DNA of 62,228 nucleotides, counting the filler, from Catajapyx aquilonaris (lineage: Eukaryota), in NCBI GenBank assembly GCA_000934665.2. It is 3 parts of 3 records of this genome, joined end to end, with 100 filler letters (N's around TTAATTAATTAA, not from the genome) between each part and the next. Parts side by side here need not be neighbours in the genome. Positions count along the whole stretch, not along the records: positions 41,557 to 62,228 come from JYFJ02006216.1; 2 more parts are not named here. One strand, 5' to 3'. Numbering within the stretch: the stretch's first letter is position 1; every line of letters begins with the position of its first letter. The notes under the pieces were generated by a model. It was given only the letters and a program-made list of their open reading frames with translations, did no database searches and was not told the DNA's origin. Both the position numbers and the translations under genes were made by a program. This document shows, piece after piece, positions 52,150 through 62,228 of the stretch.

Positions 52150-55100
52150 TAGCTGTTTGTATAGGCCTACACATTAGATGCCACCTGAACAATATCAACA
52201 GCGATTGTGCCAGGTCCATGTGGATTCAGGCATTACTCCCATCGACAGAAACTCCCCAGAACACTAATACAGTATGTGATTCGATTTTTTACACTCCCAT
52301 TTGAACTGCCATCTGAACATGAAGAGCGACTGTGTCAAGTCCCATCGAAGGAAACTTGCTCGTTTAATATTTTATCAAGAGTTCGTCTAACAGTTGGTGC
52401 ATCTGCATCAGGGAAGGTATGTCGTGATGGGGGTCAGAAGAAATTGGTGCTTGGCTTTTTTCCTTCACGTTATTCGCTTGATTACATCATTTAGGAATGA
52501 TTGCGTTTCGGTCTGCTAATGGAGAGAAATAGTAGCAATCTCGAACAAAATTCGTAGTGCGTCCTTTTTCACAATTGTTAATTGGGGCGATAATATTGGG
52601 GCCTGAATCAGCTCATGAGTCGTGCTTCAGGAATAAATCATTTTCAACAATGACACAATGCCATACTTGAGAGTGCAGTTATTTCAAGTACTCCGACTCA
52701 CCAACATGCGTCTATGGCCTGAGCCTGATGTGCTGCATGCGTTTTGTGGTCCGTACGTCTTATCTCCTTTTAAGGAGCTCTCGATAATTTATATTCCTTT
52801 CATCACAACTGCGGCCTTTTTTCGCCTGCATCATATGGATTCCAGTGTTTCAATGTCGTACTTCTATTGTGTAATATTGTGCTGGGTCACACAATCAAGG
52901 CCACGATTATTTAACCTTCAGGGACGCCTTTTGCTACTAAATGTTTAAGATTTTGTCTCATTATTGCGGACGGCAAGGAAATTTCTGTGCATGCATGGGC
53001 TGTACTAATTGCAATGGAATGCATAATTAATTAGTCTGTAATATTTTGTTCATTGAGGCATATACACTATAATAAGGAGCTATTGGTCTCGATGGTCGAT
53101 GAATACCACTATAGATAATTTCGAGGATCCTCCTTGCACAAGCCGAATAACATAACTCACGTTTAAAATCCATATCGATACTGCTGATTCTTACAGTATC
53201 GGTAGTTAGGCGTACTGGATATGGATTAATTGATTATATACAGTAAGTAACTGACTTTTCTAGATGTATTCTGCAGCAGCACATCATCTCCTAATGTAGC
53301 TGACGACTCGAATTGATATTTTAATGGTGTCTTCAATTGCAGAAAGTTCTGGAGATACTAAAATCGAATAACTCACTCGCATTACATTGATTACCTTCAG
53401 TGCTCAATTACCTTCGCAGTGTAGGATAGAGAAGGGTTACATTCCGGTTACGTATATCTAAGTTACGTCGTAATGTGTCGTGCATTGCGAGTGTCCACCT
53501 CGCACAATAATGTGTACAGATATGCTGATAATAATTCTGTAATGTGGGTTTATGACCGCTTATGTTGATTATATGGCATCATTCACATTCCTGTGATAAC
53601 CGGGAATGCTCAACGAATGAACCGCACTTAATGTGTATGGTTGTACCACGTTGTATCTACCAAGGTGGCCCTTTATTATTACCATCGTATATAGTGGGGG
53701 GCTTACAATGATTTCGTGCAACTCTTTTGCGGTAACTTCTGTCGTGTGGAGGTGATCATTAACACTGGCTTGCTAACAAGGTGGCACTTACTTGTGGATA
53801 GGTTGATCGCTTCCCACCCAGTCAAAAAGACAGTTTCCGATGACTATTTGCAGGAAATTATGTAGGACGTCGCTTTGCTGTCATGGTTGTACATGCGGTT
53901 ACTTGCATTGGAACCGATGTTACATTTTTGGAGTCTGTTGCATCTGTCTTATGCTTGACCCGACGGCTTGACCTTTCTGACCATCCTACCATCGCACGTT
54001 GTCGCTGTAATGTGTCAGTGAGGCAATGTGAGTCGAGGTTTGGGATGATATAGGCTTCAACAACCTGGTTTCTTTTATTGTGATCGTCATCGCTTTGTAA
54101 CTAGGCCTATTGTACTCTCACTTGTCCTTGTCTTTTCATTGTAAACAGTATTTTGGAACGTCCCTTCCACTTCGTAATCAAAATACCTAGAAATGCTTTG
54201 AAGTAAGTAAGGTGGCATATTGTAACTTGGCTTATCAATCAAGCCCCTAAAGACCGACGAATAGAGACACATCCAAACATTCTTCATATACTTGCCAGGC
54301 TTTTATTGTACCGAAAATGGGCAAAGTCTCTTCACCTTGTTTCCTGGTGGCGACTCAAGTGCGTCGTAGTACTCTTGGTCGTAGTGCTTCAGAACTATAA
54401 CAAGCCAAGTGCGATTAATATTCAAGTTATTTCTCTTGCAATCTTCACTAATTCTTCGCTGGATGAATTTGGTTCTCGTGTCCTGAAGTCCAGTAGATAT
54501 ATAGCTCACCTTCTTGCAATATGTGAGCACCTTGACCGAAGGTGCTTTTGACACCTTTGCATAATGCATGGGAAGATAAAATGCTTTGAAATAAAGTGCG
54601 GTCTAGGGCGTTAATCATAAACTAATACCGTTTATTATTAAGTTCTTTCATTAACAGACAAAAGGCGCAAAATTGTCTTGAGTGTGCAAATATGTTCTTG
54701 CTGAGTGACTCGGAGGCTTTAAGTTGTTTTGATGTCTTCAGAGTGATTATTGTGTCGATAATGATGGTTATTATTTAGAGCGCTTTCATTCGTTTTTGGG
54801 TGTTCATGGCAGGGATATACCACGAGCAATATAGTAATGGGTTTCTTTCTCATTCCGTCATCTCATTCCGTGGCAGTCTGACTTGAAATCCACTGGATTA
54901 AGAGGTCAGTAAATAGTGTGCCAATGCAATGCGCTCTTGTCTTCTTCTCCTTTGAGTGTCCCAATGAAAGGTAAGTTTCTCTCGTATCTTCATCGCAGCG
55001 CTCGTCTTTGGAAGGGACGGATCACCTTGAAAATGTCTCAGTCGTCAGCCACAACTCAACTTGCTTACCAGTTTGTGTAATTAATTAATTTTTGGATTTA

Positions 55101-58100
55101 TTTGCATTTGGTTCTGTACTTATCTCCTGTAAGTATCTCTCTCAAGGCACAGCAGCCTTCCGTACGGCTGAGACCACTACCACCAGACAACACAGATTCT
55201 CGATTTCTTGTGGTGCTGTGCACCACACGCTGTCCAGTCCATTCTATACTCACACCGGACACCCCGTATAGTATGAGCACCACGTCTTAATCTAACTAAG
55301 TATGCGTCTATATAGAATGTTTCATCCAGGTGAGGGCGACGAGATTTTTCTATAATTATGTTTGACAAGATTTCCGCTGGTGGTGGACACATTTGATTAG
55401 TTTTGCATCATGTTGTTCTAATCTGTCTGTTGCGTTTGGCAACAATATGATGCTGGGTGACGACTCTATGATCGGCCGCATCTCCATTGTTGATCCAGAG
55501 AGTTGCTCGTACCGCCGAGCCGGCTGTACGAGCTCCTTTGGCACCGCTTGTCGTTCGTCGCAACTTGCACCAAACCGCATCCTTTTAGGCACGGTACTTT
55601 TTAATGTGCATTTGTGCCATACAAGCCTAATCTGACTATTTTTCTCCGTCAGTTTTCTTCCAGTGAATAAATGGAATTGACCTGAACTTGTAATAAAACG
55701 CTGGTTCACTTGAAGGCGATTCACAAGCTTTTTAACTGTGATTGTATTTAGCAACATTGATTATTATTGCTATAGTTGCTGGGAATTTCCACTCTCTGTG
55801 TTCTATAGCTAGAGAGCCTTGAAAGGCTTTAAGGTTCTCTAGTTCTAGCTGGTGATACGTTGCTCTTGTATATAATTCCGCGAGGCTCGTCTTTATGACC
55901 ATCATATCTTATAGGGTCTTGCAGTGATTTCATGTAACTCTTGTGTCACTTGTTACGTACCGGTGATCATATTCCAATACCGACATGTCTGACCAACAAC
56001 GCAACATGATTTGTGGATAGTTTGATTACATTAATACTTGAGCAGTAGTTTATGTCAGTTATTTTCTTAATTCAAGAATGTTTCTGGCAACATGTATTCC
56101 AGGATGAGTTGCGATATCATAAGTTTAAGAGCCCAAATTATGCCATGATAATAGTGGGAAGAGCGTCTCTTAGTTATGATTCAAAAGCATCTCTCTCTCT
56201 CTCTCTCTCTCTCGTGTTCTCTGCAAGTGATGTTACTTGCAAAATGAGTAGCAAAAATGACATTATGCCCACAATATGTCCAGATGTACAGATATTTTGC
56301 AGAGACTGTATGCTGATCGTGTTCATCTGATCACTGCGGACAAAAATATTATTACTGAGGTTTTTTAAACACTAAGTCAGAAAGTGTTCTCCATAAACAC
56401 TCATATCGTCTGGCGGTTTCTTGGGCTCCAACTCCATTGTTGTTCCAGGGCATCTTCGGAGGCATCTCTTTATATCTGCATCGCAGCATAGCTCATTTTT
56501 GGCAGGGGCGGATCGCCTTGGAAATCCCCCAGTCATTCAGATCATTATTCGTGCACATAGGAGCTGTAGCTCATATTTTAATCTCTCTGACGGAGGGGTT
56601 GTGTGCAAGTCTAAATTCCTGCTCTGAAGCCATACTTAATGAGTTACTGTCGCATGCTCGCATACTGTGATTATTGGTCTGTTTGAGCTAAGGTTGGATA
56701 TAGCTTGCGTCGATTTAGCCTACAGTATCTTATAACGTGAAATAATTCGTTGAATTTTTATATGGATGACGACCAGTATCGTTAGGAAAAGGTTACTTAT
56801 TGCACTGAGACAACATTCCAGTCACGGTGTATCTTTGATTATTGCCCGTCGCTGGGAATGGTCCAAAATTTGTCCTAGCCATGTGATATATCTGAAACAG
56901 ATATATCACATGGCTAGGACAAATTTTAGTTCGTCTCGTCTGCATTGTTGATCATGATACCGTACAGCTGGTTGGTTTCTCGCCATGTTTGACTTTCGTC
57001 GCAACTGGCAACCTCCTCATGTCAGAGCTCACTTGTTTGGCGTCACTCCGTCAATTTTGTTTGGTTCAAGTGTATACAATGCAGGTGGTGTTTGATGCCT
57101 CTGAGACATATTTCGGTAGCTCTTTCATACATAGTGAGAAATCTATCAAGGTATGCTTCCTTATTACATGTTATGCTATAATTAGTCCAGACTCTTCAGA
57201 GTGAGAGATGTTCATACTGTTCTCAGGACAGGTCTGTGTGATTCTTCATGATAGCAGTGTTTACTTTTTTAGCGGATGTCCGTACTTATCCCTTGTCTCC
57301 AGTAAATAAAGCACTGGTTCATGAATGAGTGATTCACAAGCTTCTAAGCAGTAATTGTATTTAACAATGGTGTATCTTTGAGTGCTGGTCTCTGGGCATG
57401 GTCCAATGTGTCCATGCGGCATGGTCCAAATGTGTTTACGGCTACTTTGTCGCAATGCCACATTGCATTGGCGGGAATGACGGCTTTCGCACGACGGAAG
57501 ACCCTTCTCATAAACCACATTGCATAATTTACTTGTACGATACGATTAGGTGGCTCTTTATGAGTTCTTGGTCTATTCAATATTGTCCATACAACGAAAA
57601 GCGTGACATCCACGATGGGTATGTACTTACCATGGTGACAGTCGTATTTTTTGCCATCTTCTGGTTAGTTTCAACTAAGACGCATGTAATGAAACATTCA
57701 TGGTGCAGAATAACTATCGTCGAAAGCTGATGTCTCTTCAGGATATGGCTCCCTTCTTGCTATGGTGTTCTGAAAATATTTAATTATCATGTGTGGCCGA
57801 TGTAATCATTGTTATTCTGACTCATAGATTGGCACCTTCCGAGGTCAAACAGATCCATATAGTTCTTTGCAACTTTGCGACCCAGAAATTCCGCCGTTAA
57901 CGTAATTTGGGAAATACATATTTGACACCTTTGCATATGTAATAAAACTGTATCAATTGTACTAAATATCTGGGATGCTATGGTGAGATAACTACTTGCA
58001 GTGGGGTTTATTTACCTCCTGTGTTGCTTGTTACAAGTATGTTTGGTTCAGTACAAACCAATGCATGTTACATCATCACACCAATCAATCAGTGTCACCG

Positions 58101-61100
58101 GATTCGTTTTGTCAGTCCCCACACTAGGCGCATATTTAAATGTGATGGTTCTAACGAGTTAGTTACTCAAACAGGTGAACTTGGTCGTTGACATCTTGGG
58201 AGTCAAAGGGATCGATCTGAATCAATGTGATCCTTTTTTCTTGTTGCTGGGAAGCTGGGTATAGCCTTTCGTCGTGAAGTTTATTGTCGCTGTCACTTCT
58301 ACTACAGCTGATTTCATCATGAAGTTCTCTCTCTCGAGCCGGGAGATTGAGAGGATTCATCAGTTCAGTGACTTGTTCACCTGTAAGATCTGTGTAAGAA
58401 TGACTATGTATCGCTATGTGTAATGAAAGTAACTCACGAATCCAGATTCAATGCGAATTACATACTCGACTATGCTTACATTTGAATATTGATGGATTAT
58501 TATAAGTCGTTATTCAATTTATGGGTAATATTGTAACCTCAAGATGTGTAACATGTAAACTTAGAATAGATCTTCAATTTTGCAACTTGCAACACATACT
58601 TGCAGATTTTCATTTTTAGGTGGATTATTTAGACTTTTAAAGCGCCTTCCTTCAATTTGAGATAATCAGAGTAGGGGTGTGGAATCAACGGTTTCTTCCA
58701 ATTTGCTAAGTTACTGAGAAATATGTGTCCATTGACAGGCAATATGTTGCGTCCGTGAGTATATCATGTGTGGAGCAAGAGGTTTATCAAGTTGTACAAT
58801 GATCTGAATACTCGTTCCTTGAGCAGTCGGCTTGGTTGGCAGGTAATGCTTATTGGAAACTGCGTCAGTGTCAAATAAATTAGCCTTCTCGGTACATCAG
58901 TGCCATTGAAGTAGTCCTTCGACGCCGTCCATTTTGATGGTATTCCAGGTGCTTGTCGTTCACTGTCCCTCACTTACACTCGTCGTGGAAATTTTGTACG
59001 AGTGAAACATTGATAGTTGCCAGAGGCACTGACCAAATCAGGCCTCCGATCTGGCTTGAAGCTGCGTATACACGTGAACGATTTGACGAGCGAAGCTTTA
59101 TGCAAGATTGTAGACATGCCAAATTGCTTTACTGCAATATTTTTTTTAGTAATTATTGTGGACCCTTGTAGAAATAGTTTTATAATTTGGCAAGAGGTCT
59201 CCAGAGGTGGTTCACCATATGCTCTTGTGAACACCATAGCGACTTCATTGCAACGTTGTGAATTGTATCTGTTTTTGTCAACATGTCTGTTCTGTAGTAT
59301 ATATTTGGATATTCTGTAGTATATATTTGGAAGCCTTCAGCCATTTTGAGGGGCCCTTTTTTTGTGCTTGTGCTTGTTCTACTTCATGCAACATTTGATC
59401 GGCTTCGGTAAATTGATTATTTCTCACAACCTCCAAGAGCTTTTCCATTACATATACTGCGACATGCTTCAATTGCTGGATCATTCATTCTTTGGGCTAA
59501 TGGCAAGCTGTTCATCAATAATATAGAGCTGAGCTTATTTTCGTGGCTGTCCTTCTTCTGGATGAAGCGTTCCGGCTCTGTGGTAAATTTGGCCATGAAT
59601 GCTTAAGCTGTATATGGACCATTTGTTGGCATTTGCAGTTGGGCTCCAACAGATGCAAAGGCAAATGCACTATATTGTATGATGTGATATTTACCATGAA
59701 TACTTTGGAATCCGGGTCATTTCCGGTTATCAAATTTTCAATATATGGATGTGTCGGAATATGTGGTAGTTCAGTAATATTGTTAGAGAACCGCAAGTGC
59801 TGTAATTTAACTGTAATTTATCATCGGACGGCTTTTCTTTTATGAAATATTTGGCATCTGATGCCTGATGGGGGAACCTCTGTAGAAGGTTGTGCCAATG
59901 CTGCAGGTCGTATGTGGTCCATGGTGATTGTGGTTCGCTGTGGCTCGCTGTTGCCTGACTATAGAGTGATAATATTGTCGCCACTTTTGTGCTATAGTTG
60001 TCTCCGAGAAATCAGACGTGTTCTGGCTGGAAGGCAGGCAAATAATAATGAGTCGATGCCAGTTTTTCCTCCCTTCATTTCTCCCTTCATTTCGTAGCTC
60101 CATCTTCCCATCGGTGTATCAAGATATCATGAGGTTAAAGAGCCCAAGTTGTGGCAGTGCAAAAGGGACTGCTATGTATAGGGTCTTTTATTATCAGTAT
60201 AGGATTCCCTCGCTGGTGAGAGGCTTATATTTATTTTGTTATTGTCCTTTGCACATGTTACTTTCAGAATGAGTGTCGAAAGTGACAGTCATCAGTCGTT
60301 GTCATGTGCCAGGATTCCGTTCATGCCCAAGGGTACTGATGGGCTGCTCCTTCCAGGTCTGCAAATCCCAGGACTTGTGGCCGATGATGTGGTTATGATG
60401 CTTTTTTATGATGTAATTATATTGAACTGTCACTGGTGTGACTGTGATTATTAATCGTCGCCCATTTATAGAGATAACGTGTCGCAAAATTGCCTCGAGA
60501 CATTTGAACTGATGCTGCTCAGTCACTAAGCTACAATAAATTATTGCGATGTACCTACGTCGTGATTGTCATGCCAAAGAATATGATGATTATTATGTCT
60601 ACTATATGGACTTTTAGAGCACCTTCCTTCAATTTGGAGTAGGTGCGGCTAATCATAGGATGCGCCAGAAAGTTTCGTGCTCCTTCATAATCACGTGGCA
60701 TATTCCATAGTAGGCCTGCAGGATTACTTGTGAGTTCATGTCCTGGACTTTTTTCCCGTCTTCACCCACCAAAAGTGCATATTTTCTGTTTGAATCGCCA
60801 ACCAATATTATTTATCTGACATTTGATTATTGATTAACATGGAATATCAGTCGCCATACAATTTATGGACAATAATGACATAAATCACGATACATTAAAA
60901 GAGGAATAATTGTAGCTTGGCTTTTTCAATGTGTGTATTTTGCAGCTAATTACTCCAACACATACTTGATCTTCTGTCCCTCATTAATTGACCTCACTCC
61001 ATACCCGGCCTTGGATCGCTCCATTTTCGCTACGGTACTATTTTCGGTGTTCTCATCGGCACTCTTTGAATGTAATAATATATTGTCGTATCAGTTCAGG

Positions 61101-62228
61101 TGGATATTTATTTTCCATTTAGTCCTGTACTTAGATATTCGTTAAAATCAAATGAATGGCGAAATATTGCCTTACATGTCGTTGTAATACTTGTAATTCT
61201 AGTTGGCACTTACAGGGAGGCAGTAAATTATTTTGCTTTCTCCATAGTGCCTTTTGTGCCTGTCGTGATTTATAGAGTTCCTTTTTCTATGATGCTGGGG
61301 ATGTATAGGATGGTTATTTTCCGTTTTACGTATAAGGCATTGCGGGGAACTTACATATTGATATACTCATTGCCACTCGAGGTGTCCGTCCGTAATCTTC
61401 AAACTTCCTTCTGCACAAGAGTAGTGGCCTGTGCTCTTCTGCAATCTGGTGTTCACCTTCGTCATTCTAGGAAGACGCATGCAGATGATGCCGGGATGTC
61501 AAATGAGACGCCGAAATAAATACTATCATCACCAGTAATTTGCATGAGACTGTTTTCAAATGTTTGTTCATTCATACTCAAGAAATGGTTCCAGTTAATT
61601 TAACCGCAGCTTAAATGTTATTTATTGTCACTCTGTCAAGTACTTCGGCCATGGTGGTAAGTGAGGCTTCATTGAAAGGAGGATTCACCGTGCATGTAGG
61701 GCTGGATTAAATAATAATCTTGCCTGGTGGGGATTTATTGTCACTAGTTACCACTAGTGACTGACTGGTAATAACTCTGGGTTACGTAGTTGTGCATGGG
61801 TGTATTTATAAGCTTTAAATGCAACCGACTAATAATTGAAACTGATAATAACAGGAGATGTGAGGCTCATATTTTGCTGGTTGATGCAGCTGCTCATTGA
61901 TACTATGCGAACAGTGCTCACTGGACATGATATTTACACGCACATTGTTCAACTCCTGCAGTGGTTTCATTGATGTTGTGACAGAGTGAATTTGCTACTT
62001 CTTGGATTAGTATTTTTGCAAACACTTTTTTTGTCTGACATGTTGGGAAGTTGCTTCAAAAACTCATGCAGGTTGAATCAATCAACCAGGGAGATCACAT
62101 AGAGACAAAGAGGAAGACCAGCCTTTTCCCATATTCTTATCATATTACTATACTTGATAATGTAAGAAAAGTTCTCACTTTTCAGGAATGTTTCAGGCAA
62201 CATGGCATAAGGTCATACGTTTAAGAGC
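52150..62228 (-). mobile_element. Heavily decayed Helitron sequence, probably more than one copy; boundaries approximate
   Basis: Broken minus-strand frames give DAKYFIKEKPSDDK (~59850), NDPDSKVFMVNITSYN and GQIYHRAGTLHPEEGQPRK*AQLYI (~59520-59720), MVF...GEPP (~59220), IVKYNYCLEACES (~57350), NLFLTILV (~56790), and PIF1-like DAPTVRRTLDKILNEQVSFDG...VLGSFCR (~52240-52410). Stops and frameshifts are frequent. Confidence 0.7.
56865..56927. repeat. Perfect hairpin with a 30-bp stem and 3-nt loop
   Basis: AAAATTTGTCCTAGCCATGTGATATATCTG-AAA-CAGATATATCACATGGCTAGGACAAATTTT. Confidence 0.95.

Noticed and set aside
61100..61519. 139-aa hydrophobic plus-strand ORF as a membrane protein
   Set aside because: Non-ATG start, and it is antisense to A-rich decayed Helitron-like sequence, which yields hydrophobic reverse translations.

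Overview
Eukaryotic genomic DNA, most likely from an arthropod (inferred from short GT-AG introns and an insect/crustacean-like TSC2 N-terminus). It is not one continuous locus. Two identical artificial spacers (44 N + TTAATTAATTAA + 44 N, at 20687-20786 and 41457-41556) join three segments of almost equal length (20686, 20670 and 20672 bp). Segment A has the 5' part of ENDOV, a secreted group-7-allergen/TULIP-like gene with a Lys/Arg-rich insert, the first two coding exons of TSC2, and a dense nest of MITEs, a SINE and a mini-Helitron. Segment B has an intronless alpha-tubulin ending in EEF behind an X-box-rich upstream region, and an apparently orphan 3-exon secreted Cys-rich gene. Segment C has a Helitron fragment, the 3' part of INTS15, cyclin K, an F-box/LRR gene flanked by two copies of a DRE-rich cassette, and about 10 kb of decayed Helitron sequence with OTU-like remnants. 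I saw no CRISPR array, rRNA gene or true tRNA gene. All gene models were built by hand and family calls rest on recalled motifs, not database searches. I found no clearly new biological system; the best leads are listed as findings.
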